From Candidatus Uhrbacteria bacterium RIFCSPHIGHO2_02_FULL_46_47 (GTDB lineage Bacteria; Patescibacteriota; Patescibacteriia; GWA2-47-26), in the NCBI GenBank assembly GCA_001790815.1, contig MGDU01000020.1:14277-78276 (forward strand): 64,000 bases of DNA, read 5' to 3'. The notes under the pieces are model-generated. The model had not been told where the DNA came from, ran no database searches, and was given only the letters and a program-made list of their open reading frames with translations. Both the position numbers and the translations under genes were made by a program. Within the stretch, counting starts at the first letter, position 1. Every line of letters begins with the position of its first letter. Positions 55,301 to 64,000 of the stretch are shown here, in pieces.

Positions 55301-55377
55301 CCACTAAAATTGGACACGAATAGCACTAAAATATTTCGTGTTTTTTGTGATTTATTTTCGTGGATGTCAATTATTTT

Positions 55378-57963
55378 TTAATTTCTAATCTTTGCCCCAA
55401 ACTTATCCTTTAACATCTTGACCAGTTTCTCGTGCACGCGCTCAGCTTCTTGCGCTGTAAGTGTCCGCTCAGGGCTCACATAACTTAAATGAAAAGCCAC
55501 ACTGCGGCTTCCCTCCGGCACGCCTTTGCCTTCATATAAATCAAATAGCTCGACTTTGTGCAGAAGAGGATCAATTTGCTGTATTGCGGCAACCAGTGTT
55601 GCGTATTCCACAGTCTTTGGTGCCACAAATGCAATATCGCGCTTTACTGGCGGATAAGACAATGGCGCACGATATACCCTCCCGCTTCCAATAAGCGGCA
55701 GAAGCACTTTTGCTTCCCATTCCAAAAATGCTACGCGTTGCTCTATGCCATATGCTTTAAGGAGCGATGGGTGTAATTCCCCTACCACACCTAGTATATC
55801 ACGCCCAGCCTTGCATAACAAAACCCGGCCGGGATGATAGCGGCTGGCCCAGGGTGTCTTTTCTGATTTGGCAATTTTTTCAAATGAAAAATCAGAAAGT
55901 CCAAGCACATATGCTAAATGTTCTGCTATACCCTTGAGTCCAAAAAAGTGCTGACCGTCGCGCTCTTCGCGACCGGCACAGGATACGATAAGTTTTTGTC
56001 GTTCCTCTGGCAACTCACCCATGCGCGGATGGTATTCGCTTGAGAGTTCAAAAAATTTCAACATCTTTCCGGCTTCTTCATTTTTTTTGATTGACAAAAG
56101 CATGGAAATTCCCAGCCATGGCCGCATATGCGTAATTTCAGAGCTTAATGGATTTTGCAAAGCTACTGCATTCTCAACTTTAAGCCCAGCGCGCAATATT
56201 TCATCTGCCGAAATAAATGAGTAAGTATACAATTCAGTAAGACCTGCACCGCGCAAAATTTCCTTTATCATGCGCTCTTGCGCAAATTGTATATTTGGTG
56301 GTTCATCTGGCGGTGCGCCGGCCGGCAATACACTTGGTAGATTATGGTATCCATACATGCGTGCTACTTCCTCCGCAATATCTGCAAGCCCGCCAGCTTC
56401 TATTTCGCGCCAGTATGGAAAGGTCACGCTCCACTTGTTTGCACTGCCAGCAACCTTAAATCCTAATCCAGTTAAATACTTTTTCATCTGTGTTGCCGGT
56501 ATTTCCACGCCGATCATGCGCGAAATATCCTGTGGAGAAACTTTAACCTTGTTCCCCTCACCCTGCCCTCTCCCTAGGGGAGAGGATGGCCGAAGGCCAA
56601 GTGAGGGTTTCCGATCCACAACCTGCACCACTTCCCCGCCAGCCACTTGTTTTGTAAGCTCGGCCAATCGCGCAGCAGCAAATTCCGGCAACTGTGTTGG
56701 CAAACCTTTGTTAAAGCGTGCAGATGAATCGCTGGAAAGGCCAAGCTGATGCTCGCCGCGTCGCACTGTAACCGGATCAAAATTAGCAATTTCATATACA
56801 ATACGCATGGTATCTGCATGCACGCCGGTTTCTTCTCCTCCCATAATTCCAGCAATGGCAACTGGCCGTCCTGCCCCGTAGTGTTGCTTTGCACTACTAC
56901 TGGGGTTGGCATCCGCAATCACTAAAATATTTTCATCAAGATCATAAGTATTTCCATCCAGTGCCAAAATTTTCTCACCCTTCTTCCCCATCCGCACCAC
57001 AATCTCCGTTCGTGTCTGTTCGTCTCCGTTTCGTGTATTGTTCGTGTGTTGCAGCTTTGCTGCATCGAAGGCATGACATGGTTGTCCCCATTCCAAAAGC
57101 ACATAATTTGTAATATCCACGATATTGTTGATCGGCCGCACACCAGAGGCGATCAGTCGTCTTTTCAGCCACCAGGGCGATGGACCAACTTTTACACCCT
57201 CCATCACCACGGCCATATATCGGGGACAAAGTTTCGGCACTTCCACTTTTACCTCTAATGATTTTTGGATTTGGGATTTGGGATTTGTTTGAAATTTGGT
57301 GCTTGGGATTTGGAATTTTACACCCAATATCGCCCCCACTTCCCTTGCCAATCCAATCATTCCCATAGCATCCGGCCGATTGGTAGTGATTTCAATTTCC
57401 ATTACTGTGTCATCAAGACCAAGCGCCTTTGCCAGAGGTGTGCCGGGCTTGGCCTTGGTCCAAGTTAAATCCAAAATCTCGCGTTTCCCACCACCCTCTC
57501 CCTCTCCCCGGGGGAGAGGGTGCAGGGTGAGGGCTTCAAGTCCAATTTCATTTGCCGCGCAAATCATGCCTTCACTTTTTACTCCGCGAATTTCAGTTAT
57601 TTTCATTTCAACCTGTTCTCCTTCTCCATGCCAGCGCACCTTCGCGCCTGGAAGAGCAACAGCCACCAATTGTCCTTCAAACAAATTTGTTCCGCCGCAC
57701 ACAATAGGGACGTTCCCCTTTTTGGTCGCAAAAAGGGGAACGTCCCCTACTTCGACCATCACTACACGCAACTTGTCCGCATTCGGATGTTTTTCAATCT
57801 TCACGATTTTTCCTATCACGATATTTTCCAAACCCTCATCCGTTCTCCACCATCTTTCAACTGAAAAAGCATGCAAAGATAATTTCTGCGCCACTTCTTC
57901 CGGAGACGCTTTTAATCCAGGCAAATATTCACGCAACCAATTGTATGAAACCATTAAATTCAT
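55378..57963 (-). CDS. pheT: Phenylalanyl-tRNA synthetase beta subunit with two in-frame repeat insertions
   Basis: tRNA-binding, B3/4 and B5 domains and the C-terminal FDX-ACB. Insertions at 56546-56612 and 57487-57535. Confidence 0.93.
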   Translation of the reverse strand: MNLMVSYNWLREYLPGLKASPEEVAQKLSLHAFSVERWWRTDEGLENIVIGKIVKIEKHPNADKLRVVMVEVGDVPLFATKKGNVPIVCGGTNLFEGQLVAVALPGAKVRWHGEGEQVEMKITEIRGVKSEGMICAANEIGLEALTLHPLPRGEGEGGGKREILDLTWTKAKPGTPLAKALGLDDTVMEIEITTNRPDAMGMIGLAREVGAILGVKFQIPSTKFQTNPKSQIQKSLEVKVEVPKLCPRYMAVVMEGVKVGPSPWWLKRRLIASGVRPINNIVDITNYVLLEWGQPCHAFDAAKLQHTNNTRNGDEQTRTEIVVRMGKKGEKILALDGNTYDLDENILVIADANPSSSAKQHYGAGRPVAIAGIMGGEETGVHADTMRIVYEIANFDPVTVRRGEHQLGLSSDSSARFNKGLPTQLPEFAAARLAELTKQVAGGEVVQVVDRKPSLGLRPSSPLGRGQGEGNKVKVSPQDISRMIGVEIPATQMKKYLTGLGFKVAGSANKWSVTFPYWREIEAGGLADIAEEVARMYGYHNLPSVLPAGAPPDEPPNIQFAQERMIKEILRGAGLTELYTYSFISADEILRAGLKVENAVALQNPLSSEITHMRPWLGISMLLSIKKNEEAGKMLKFFELSSEYHPRMGELPEERQKLIVSCAGREERDGQHFFGLKGIAEHLAYVLGLSDFSFEKIAKSEKTPWASRYHPGRVLLCKAGRDILGVVGELHPSLLKAYGIEQRVAFLEWEAKVLLPLIGSGRVYRAPLSYPPVKRDIAFVAPKTVEYATLVAAIQQIDPLLHKVELFDLYEGKGVPEGSRSVAFHLSYVSPERTLTAQEAERVHEKLVKMLKDKFGAKIRN

Positions 57964-57965
57964 AT

Positions 57966-59111
57966 TTAAAATTGCTCTAGAAAATTCAGATCCGCAATAT
58001 AAAATGCCCGAATATCGCTGAGTTTCAACTTCATCATAAGCATGCGTTCAATTCCCCAACCGCAGGCAAACCCGCTATATTCCTTTGGATCAATTCCGCC
58101 GGCTTTTAAAACATTGGGGTGTACCATGCCAGCTCCGCCCAGTTCATGCCACCCGCTTTTGCATACTTTGCACCGCTCGCCATGTATTTCTCCAGTGCCA
58201 CCACAAATGCCGCAGGAAATATCAATTTCAAAACTCGGTTCAGTAAACCGAAAATGAAATGGCCGCAAACGCGTGCGCCGATCTTTTCCATAATAAGCGC
58301 GCGCAAAATAATCAAGCGTGCCTTTCAAATGTGTAACCGATACATTGCGATCAATCAACAACCCTTCAAATTGATGAAACATCGGCGCGTGCGTAACATC
58401 AGATTGCCGGCGATAGCATTTTGCAATATTGATCATGCGAATGGGTGGCCGCCGGCGCTCCATCTCGCGCACCTGGCCATTGGAAGTGTGCGGGGTAAGT
58501 ACCATCCTGCCTAACTTTGGATGTTCTGCGGCCCTCACCCTCCCCTCTCTCTCGGGGAGAGGGTGTCCGTTAGGACGGGTGAGGGTCTGCTGCGAGCCAG
58601 CAATGAAGAACGTTTCCCATTCATCGCGCGCTGGATGGCCCTTGGGCATGTTTAAACTTTCAAACGCGTAATAATCCCAATCTATTTCCGGATAACGCAT
58701 ACGCTGAAATCCCAGTTGCGCGAAAATCCGGCTGATTTCTTCAATCGCCTGCGTGGTGATATGCAAATGTCCGTACGGCAGGCGCGCGCCCGGAAGCGTT
58801 ACATCCAGCGCCTCGGCTTCAGCCAGTTTTTCCAAAGCAAGTGTTTGCATTGCATTTTCCCGTTGTTCTAGTGCTCTAGTGATTTCATGCTTTAATGCGT
58901 TAAGCTCCTGCCCTTGCCTTGCCCGCTCATCACCTTTTAATTTTGTAAGCTGCGCAAAAAACTCGGCCACAATCCCCTTGCGGCCCAGATATTTCACCCG
59001 CAATTCCTCCAGCACACTTTGTGATTGTGCTTGCTCAATAGCCTGCTTGGCCTCCTGTAAAATATTATTGGATTTCATATTATTCGTAATGTCGTAGTTT
59101 CGTAGCGACAT
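57966..59111 (-). CDS. pheS: Phenylalanyl-tRNA synthetase alpha subunit with an in-frame repeat insertion
   Basis: Class II core (...FRFTEPSFEIDI..., GWGIERMLM). Insertion 58522-58590. The true start may be the internal Met at ~59078. Confidence 0.93.
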   Translation of the reverse strand: MSLRNYDITNNMKSNNILQEAKQAIEQAQSQSVLEELRVKYLGRKGIVAEFFAQLTKLKGDERARQGQELNALKHEITRALEQRENAMQTLALEKLAEAEALDVTLPGARLPYGHLHITTQAIEEISRIFAQLGFQRMRYPEIDWDYYAFESLNMPKGHPARDEWETFFIAGSQQTLTRPNGHPLPEREGRVRAAEHPKLGRMVLTPHTSNGQVREMERRRPPIRMINIAKCYRRQSDVTHAPMFHQFEGLLIDRNVSVTHLKGTLDYFARAYYGKDRRTRLRPFHFRFTEPSFEIDISCGICGGTGEIHGERCKVCKSGWHELGGAGMVHPNVLKAGGIDPKEYSGFACGWGIERMLMMKLKLSDIRAFYIADLNFLEQF

Positions 59112-59127
59112 TCGTAGATTCGTGACA

Positions 59128-60237
59128 TCATTGTACTATGCCTTTGAAAAACTCCACAATCCTCCCTCCATATCTCCCAAGATCTTTGTACGTAACAAAA
59201 AGCACAAGAAGAATTAAAAGCGCAAAACCAATACTATGAATCCATCCTTCAACTTTTCGCGAAACTGGACGGCGCAGTATTTTTTCTATACCAATAAAAA
59301 GAATGCGTCCGCCGTCAAGCGCAGGAAATGGAAGAATATTAAGAATCGCGAGATTCAGCGATAAAACAGAAACAAACTGCAATAAAAATATAAATCCTTG
59401 CCGAGCGGCCTGGCCAGTTAAAACCGCGATGCCCACTGGTCCGGCCAAATCAGCAGTTACAGGACGGCCAAGTATGGCATCGCGAATCAACTCAAAAATA
59501 GAAAGTACAATTGCTTTCAAAAGCACTCCGGTTAGTACAATTGCCTTTGGCATAGCCAACCAAAAAGGATATTTCACTATTGCCGCGTCGCTAAGCGCTA
59601 CCCCTATTCCCGGCTTATTGGTTTGTTCAAGCAGTTTGGGCGTAACCTCCACTTCACGACGTGCACTATCGCGCTCCAAAGTTAAGCGAATCGGCTTTTC
59701 TAGAAATTCTGTTACAAAGGAACGAAACTCTTCCGCGCTTTGAAATTCTTTGCCATTGCCGGAAATAACACGATCAGTCGGTTTGATTTGAGCGACCTCA
59801 GCCGGAGACCCCGGAAGCACTCCCATAATCTCAATACGCCGATCTTTTATTGTTGCGTATTTTGAAATTCCATTATCAATTGGCTGTGGAAATCCAATCA
59901 TATATCCGCCGGCAATCAGTACTGCCGCAAGCGCCACATTCATAATCACTCCAGCGGCAATAATGCCAATGCGCACTCCTGCGCCGCGATTGGCAAAACT
60001 ATCATGATCTTCTGCTCCTTCACCCGATTCACCTTTAATTTTCACAAATCCGCCAAAAGGCAGGGCATTAATTGAATATAAAGTATCTCCCTTGCGCACC
60101 CCAAAAATGCGCGGCGGAAATCCAAAACCAAATTCATCCACCCGTATTCCGGCTTTTTTTGCAGTAATAAAATGTCCGAACTCGTGGACAAAAACTAGAA
60201 CAGAGAGAACGAGGAGAAAAATAAGGAGAGTAATCAT
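59128..60237 (-). CDS. Site-2 (RIP) zinc metalloprotease RseP-like
   Basis: HEFGH motif, PDZ domain and a C-terminal LDGG motif. Confidence 0.88.
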   Translation of the reverse strand: MITLLIFLLVLSVLVFVHEFGHFITAKKAGIRVDEFGFGFPPRIFGVRKGDTLYSINALPFGGFVKIKGESGEGAEDHDSFANRGAGVRIGIIAAGVIMNVALAAVLIAGGYMIGFPQPIDNGISKYATIKDRRIEIMGVLPGSPAEVAQIKPTDRVISGNGKEFQSAEEFRSFVTEFLEKPIRLTLERDSARREVEVTPKLLEQTNKPGIGVALSDAAIVKYPFWLAMPKAIVLTGVLLKAIVLSIFELIRDAILGRPVTADLAGPVGIAVLTGQAARQGFIFLLQFVSVLSLNLAILNILPFPALDGGRILFIGIEKILRRPVSRKVEGWIHSIGFALLILLVLFVTYKDLGRYGGRIVEFFKGIVQ

Positions 60238-60285
60238 GGTTGAGAGGATTAAGGATTAAGCGAGATAAGCAAGGTAAGCAATTAC

Positions 60286-61053
60286 TTAATCCTTATCTTG
60301 CTTAGTCCTTATCTCGCGCAATTCAATCTTGTGGCCAAGCCAGTTTTGCGCAATTTCTTGAAACTTCGGCGTTTTCTTGCTGACATAGAATTCATGCTTT
60401 GGTAATTTTACATTTTGCATTTTAAATTTTACATTTGCAATTTCCCTTGCCACCGTTTCCGCCGAATCAACAAGCTGTACAGTATTTCCCATAATACTCT
60501 TAATCAATGGTTTAAGTAAGGGATAATGGGTACACCCAAGAATCAGGGTATCAATCCCCGCACGCTTGAGTGGTTCAAGATAGTGCCGCGCAATTTCATG
60601 TGTTGTGGGATGATTAAGATGCCCGGCTTCCACAAGCGGCACAAAAAGCGGACACTCACGCGTATGCATTTTACACCATTTTTGATATGCCCCGCTCCCA
60701 ATTGTAGTGCGCGTGCCAATTACGCCGATCTTCCCATTGCGGGTAACCCGCAAGGCCTCGCGCACGGCCGGAGTAATCACTTCAAAAATCGGCACCTTTG
60801 GAAATTCCTTGCGCAGTTTAAGTCCAGCCACTGCTGAGGCGGTATTACATCCCACTACAATCGCCTTTGCTTTTTTGCGCAAAAGAAATTTGGTATTTTC
60901 AATGGCGTATTGCGCAACAACTTCCGGCGATTTATTGCCGTAAGGAGTGCGCGCGGTATCTCCAAAATACAAAATTTTCTGCCCGGGAAGCGCGCGCATA
61001 ATTTCTTTTGCCACAGTAAGTCCTCCAAGACCTGAATCAAAAATGCCAATCAT
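60286..61053 (-). CDS. murI: Glutamate racemase
   Basis: MIGIFDSGLGGLTVAKEI...VVGCNTAS...GCTHYPLL... are the catalytic Cys motifs. Confidence 0.92.
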   Translation of the reverse strand: MIGIFDSGLGGLTVAKEIMRALPGQKILYFGDTARTPYGNKSPEVVAQYAIENTKFLLRKKAKAIVVGCNTASAVAGLKLRKEFPKVPIFEVITPAVREALRVTRNGKIGVIGTRTTIGSGAYQKWCKMHTRECPLFVPLVEAGHLNHPTTHEIARHYLEPLKRAGIDTLILGCTHYPLLKPLIKSIMGNTVQLVDSAETVAREIANVKFKMQNVKLPKHEFYVSKKTPKFQEIAQNWLGHKIELREIRTKQDKD

Positions 61054-61059
61054 AGTCGT

Positions 61060-61111
61060 GTAGTCGCAGCTCTTTAGGCTGCGCAGTCGCCGGCTAAAGA
61101 CCGGCGGCTAC
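61060..61111. repeat. Family-D hairpin pair (GTAGTCGCAGCTCTTTAGGCTGCGC / GCCGGCTAAAGACCGGCGGCTAC)
   Basis: Same pair architecture as 26554-26614. Single units at 26219-26246 and 41722-41746. Confidence 0.8.
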
Positions 61112-61123
61112 CGTGATAATGTT

Positions 61124-61963
61124 TCATAACACATTGAGCCAAGAGCGAATTAACTGCTTGGTCTCTTCTGGCCCTGTTACTGCTATGCATTCCACACCTG
61201 TCCGCTTGGTAGCATAATCATTGCCACCTTCATATAAAGCATCGCCGACAAACAGCATCTGCGCGCGCGATATTCCCAAAAGTTTTTCAATCTGGTGAAT
61301 CCCATAGGCCTTATCAATTCCTTTGCGCGTTACATCAATGGAAGTGTGGCCTGCCAAACGCACTTCAAACTCAGGCAAGCGGGAAGCTACGGCCGCAGTC
61401 AATTCCTTCAGTTTTTGTTCATGCTTGACACGAAACTCCTTTTTCTGGCGCACGCCTTCTTCGCCCAACACATCAGCAATATCCTGCCCTAACGCCGAAA
61501 AAGTCACTTGCGTGCCGCGATCTTCAACTATTTCTCCATAAACTTTCTCCGGATGTTGATACCCAATATCCTCAAAGGCGCGCTCAAACGCTTCTTTAAT
61601 TTTCCGCCGTTCTTCCACTGTCATCAAATCCGCGTATACTTCAACTAAATCATCACCTTGATATTTATAAAAACGCGTAGCAGAAGTTGGGAAAAGAAAA
61701 AGATTAGCGCATGATTCAGGAGAACACTGTAAAGCCGCAAGCAATTGTTTTTTAAATTGTCCAAAACCGCCACCGGAAATAACCGCCACGCGCTTCTTTT
61801 CCAGCAACTGTCGGAACAGACCAGTCATCTCGCCGTCCATTGGTGATTTGGTTTCGGTCAATGTTCCGTCCAGATCAAAGATAACAATCTTCTTTTGTGT
61901 AATATCCATAGGTGCTTGCATATAATGGTTTCCTATTGTACAATAGTTAAAGCATTTTGCCAA
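61124..61963 (-). CDS. HAD-IIB family hydrolase (phosphomannomutase-like)
   Basis: IVIFDLDGTLTE is HAD motif I, with a cap domain and C-terminal ...FVGDALYEGGND. The start is ambiguous (Met 1, 15 or 19). Confidence 0.55.
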   Translation of the reverse strand: MAKCFNYCTIGNHYMQAPMDITQKKIVIFDLDGTLTETKSPMDGEMTGLFRQLLEKKRVAVISGGGFGQFKKQLLAALQCSPESCANLFLFPTSATRFYKYQGDDLVEVYADLMTVEERRKIKEAFERAFEDIGYQHPEKVYGEIVEDRGTQVTFSALGQDIADVLGEEGVRQKKEFRVKHEQKLKELTAAVASRLPEFEVRLAGHTSIDVTRKGIDKAYGIHQIEKLLGISRAQMLFVGDALYEGGNDYATKRTGVECIAVTGPEETKQLIRSWLNVL

Positions 61964-62007
61964 TAATAATCATAATTCATACTTCATAATTCATAATTCT
62001 CTCAAAT

Positions 62008-62565
62008 ATGCCTACTTATCTTTGGGTCATTATCGCAGTCGCCGCAGTTATAATTCTTTGGCTAATTAGCACCTACAATGGCCTGGTTACGCGCCGAAAC
62101 CGCGTGCAAGAGTCATGGTCTGATATTGATGTGCAACTCAAGCGCCGGTATGATCTGATTCCCAATTTGATGGAGTCCGTCAAGGGCTATATGACCCATG
62201 AACGTGAGACGCTCCAAAAAGTTACGGAAGCGCGTACCGCGGCCATGGGGGCCAAAACTATGACGGAACACGCTAAGAGCGAAAACATGCTTACCGAAGC
62301 ATTAAAATCTATTTTTGCAGTAGCGGAAAATTATCCTGATCTTAAGGCCTCGCAAAACTTTCTGCAACTGCAGGATGAACTGTCGGATACAGAAAACAAA
62401 ATCCAAGCCGCCCGCCGCTTCTACAACCAAAATGTCATGGACTACAATACTCGCTTGCAAAGCTTCCCCGTAAACACAATTGCCAATATGTTCAAATTTA
62501 CCACCCGCGAATTTTTTGAACTCACTGAACCCGCGGCACGCGAGGCGGTAAAGGTCAAGTTTTGA
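62008..62565 (+). CDS. lemA: LemA family protein
   Basis: N-terminal TM plus ...YNGLVTRRNRVQESWSDIDVQLKRRYDLIPNL... is the LemA signature. Confidence 0.85.
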   Translation: MPTYLWVIIAVAAVIILWLISTYNGLVTRRNRVQESWSDIDVQLKRRYDLIPNLMESVKGYMTHERETLQKVTEARTAAMGAKTMTEHAKSENMLTEALKSIFAVAENYPDLKASQNFLQLQDELSDTENKIQAARRFYNQNVMDYNTRLQSFPVNTIANMFKFTTREFFELTEPAAREAVKVKF

Positions 62566-62612
62566 GGGTATGCGCTTGACAGTCAACATCAGGTACAGTA
62601 AACTCAAAATGT

Positions 62613-62927
62613 ATGGCAGAGAGTAATAACGAAATCCTAGAAGCAATCCAAACGCTTTCTACGCATGTGGATGGGCAGATTGGCGAGGTGAGAAAAGAGA
62701 GTGGCGAGGTGAGAAAAGACCTGACCGGTCAAATCGGCAAATTACGCAGCGACCTTATTGATCATGTTACCAAAACCGTAAATAACGCTAAGGGAGATAT
62801 TGTACAAAGTATCAAGACCGACCGCGAGCGACACAAATTGTTTCATGAAAAAGTGCTTAACATTTTTGAGCGCAGCAAAATTGCCGAACCAGAAGAAGTT
62901 GCGGTATTAAGGGAGTTAGTTGTGTAA
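62613..62927 (+). CDS. Hypothetical coiled-coil protein with an internal 21-nt tandem repeat
   Basis: GGCGAGGTGAGAAAAGA occurs twice at 62682-62720, encoding GEVRKESGEVRKD. Confidence 0.4.
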   Translation: MAESNNEILEAIQTLSTHVDGQIGEVRKESGEVRKDLTGQIGKLRSDLIDHVTKTVNNAKGDIVQSIKTDRERHKLFHEKVLNIFERSKIAEPEEVAVLRELVV

Positions 62928-63146
62928 TCAACGCCTTGCCTTAGGGGCCTGTTGTAGAAAATCAAAAACCGCCTAGAAGGGCGGATTTTTCTTTTGACAA
63001 AATTCAGTGCGGCCGCATCGTATTTTGTCATTTGATTTTGGGTCAGATTTCTCACGCCTGCCCGCCGAGTATGCTGGTGTCACAGAGCCGAATGGCCGCA
63101 CGGTGAAATGAGAGGCGGGATCGTGAGGTTTTTGACCCACTAACAT

Positions 63147-63184
63147 TTATGTCAACTGTGAGCGATCGTTTATAATTGACATAA
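63147..63184. promoter_or_regulatory. Conserved 38-nt palindromic motif (copy 3)
   Basis: TTATGTCAACTGTGAGCGATCGTTTATAATTGACATAA; one mismatch to copies 1 and 2. Confidence 0.6.
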
Positions 63185-63221
63185 TTTATTTTTCTGTTTT
63201 TTTACGATTTGGGCATCTGAA

Positions 63222-63283
63222 ATTGAAAAAATGCCCGGGGCGAGTTGCCTGCCTGCGGTAGGCAGGCGCGCTCGCCACCGGGC
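63222..63283 (-). terminator. Rho-independent terminator (nested hairpin CCCGGGGCGAG..GCCTGCC-TGCGGTA-GGCAGGC..CTCGCCACCGGG) followed by a T-run on the minus strand
   Basis: Lies 3' of gene 63298..63756. Confidence 0.55.
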
Positions 63284-63297
63284 TCGGGACTACTTGC

Positions 63298-63756
63298 TCA
63301 CCTCGCGCCGACGAGCTCGTCTGCGGTACGGGCATCAAGCTCGGCTTTGAGCAGATCCCACATTCGCGCGACAAGCGTGGTCGCGGCGAGCATTTCCAAC
63401 CACTTTCGTCCGCTCATGAGCGAATGATGGTGCCACCCACGCGTTCCACCCTCATGCACCATGTGGAGAGTGGTGTGGTCGTTTTCTCTTTCGAAAAAGT
63501 GTCCAGACCCGGTGGCTACGATCTGTCCCAAGGTCCTGGACCTGAGCCGCTTTATCTTGGCTATGACGACATCCCACACCATCTCACGCAGATCCTGCAC
63601 GCTGGCCGTGACGTTGCGCTCTCTCGGCAGCGGATCCGTGCCATCCGAGACGATCCGGATGTACTTGAACTCATCCAGCACGAGGCGGATCTTCTGTCGT
63701 GCGATGATATCTCGGGCGATCTTGTCCACCAGATCCAAGTCACGATGCTTCCCCAT
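63298..63756 (-). CDS. Hypothetical protein in a GC-rich island
   Basis: 152 aa with a balanced composition. The SD AGGAGG lies 7 nt upstream of the ATG. Confidence 0.5.
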   Translation of the reverse strand: MGKHRDLDLVDKIARDIIARQKIRLVLDEFKYIRIVSDGTDPLPRERNVTASVQDLREMVWDVVIAKIKRLRSRTLGQIVATGSGHFFERENDHTTLHMVHEGGTRGWHHHSLMSGRKWLEMLAATTLVARMWDLLKAELDARTADELVGAR

Positions 63757-64000
63757 GGTTGTTCCTCCTGTTGTGTTTTCCGCCGCAAGTACGTGCCCTG
63801 GGAAAAAGGCGCGTGGGGAGGCGCATGCCTCCTGGCGGAGTTATGGCCTTTGGGCCATGACTTATTAAGAATGCGCCAAAATTGCGATTTTGTCAAGATT
63901 GGGGTATTATTGATAGACAATACAGATGGTACAAACGGATTCCCTCCCTTAAGGTAAGGGAGGGTTAGGGTGGGTTATGAACCATGCATATCTCGTAACC

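Overview
This 64-kb window reads like a streamlined, CPR/Patescibacteria-like chromosome segment of moderate GC that uses the standard genetic code. Coding is dense for housekeeping genes: mreB, a DUF4012 protein plus a processive GT2 glycosyltransferase, guaA, rplJ-rplL, acyP, tsf-rpsB, rpmE, prfA/prmC, rplY, a SEDS-family protein, gyrB, secE-nusG-rplK-rplA, a dTTP-biosynthesis cluster (dCMP deaminase, a P-loop kinase, dut, thyA, folA, tmk), gatB, miaA, a CDF transporter, thrS, dnaE, pheST, rseP, murI and lemA. No rRNA gene and no CRISPR array were found.

Three things stand out.
1. Short GC-rich palindromic repeat elements are very frequent, in several families. Many sit in-frame inside essential genes (gatB twice, miaA, pheT twice, pheS, prmC, folA, dnaE, thrS, trmH, a DUF3048 gene), adding 15-55 residue peptide loops. 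This resembles Rickettsia palindromic elements. One sub-family adds the same peptide, PPPQSSPIKGEE, to three unrelated proteins.
2. About nine small GC-rich islands interrupt intergenic regions. Most carry one small ORF with a strong SD, and several also show a sigma70-like promoter and/or a terminator hairpin. Several lie next to a conserved 38-nt palindromic motif, TTATGTCAA-N20-TTGACATAA. One island is delimited by three copies of a 147-bp foldback repeat and carries a UPF0175/PIN toxin-antitoxin pair plus a secreted protein, which looks like an integron-like cassette array without an integrase.
3. A HEPN/MNT toxin-antitoxin cassette is inserted at the 3' end of rplL with a ~60-bp imperfect duplication of the rplL terminus.

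Other observations are:
- two paralogous promoters that each have a DnaA-box-like motif and a dinucleotide repeat in the spacer, one of them split by a 138-bp MITE with a target-site duplication;
- candidate small RNAs;
- a tRNA-like structure;
- a conserved motif immediately upstream of many start codons.

All calls come from reading the sequence and recalling protein families. No database search was run.
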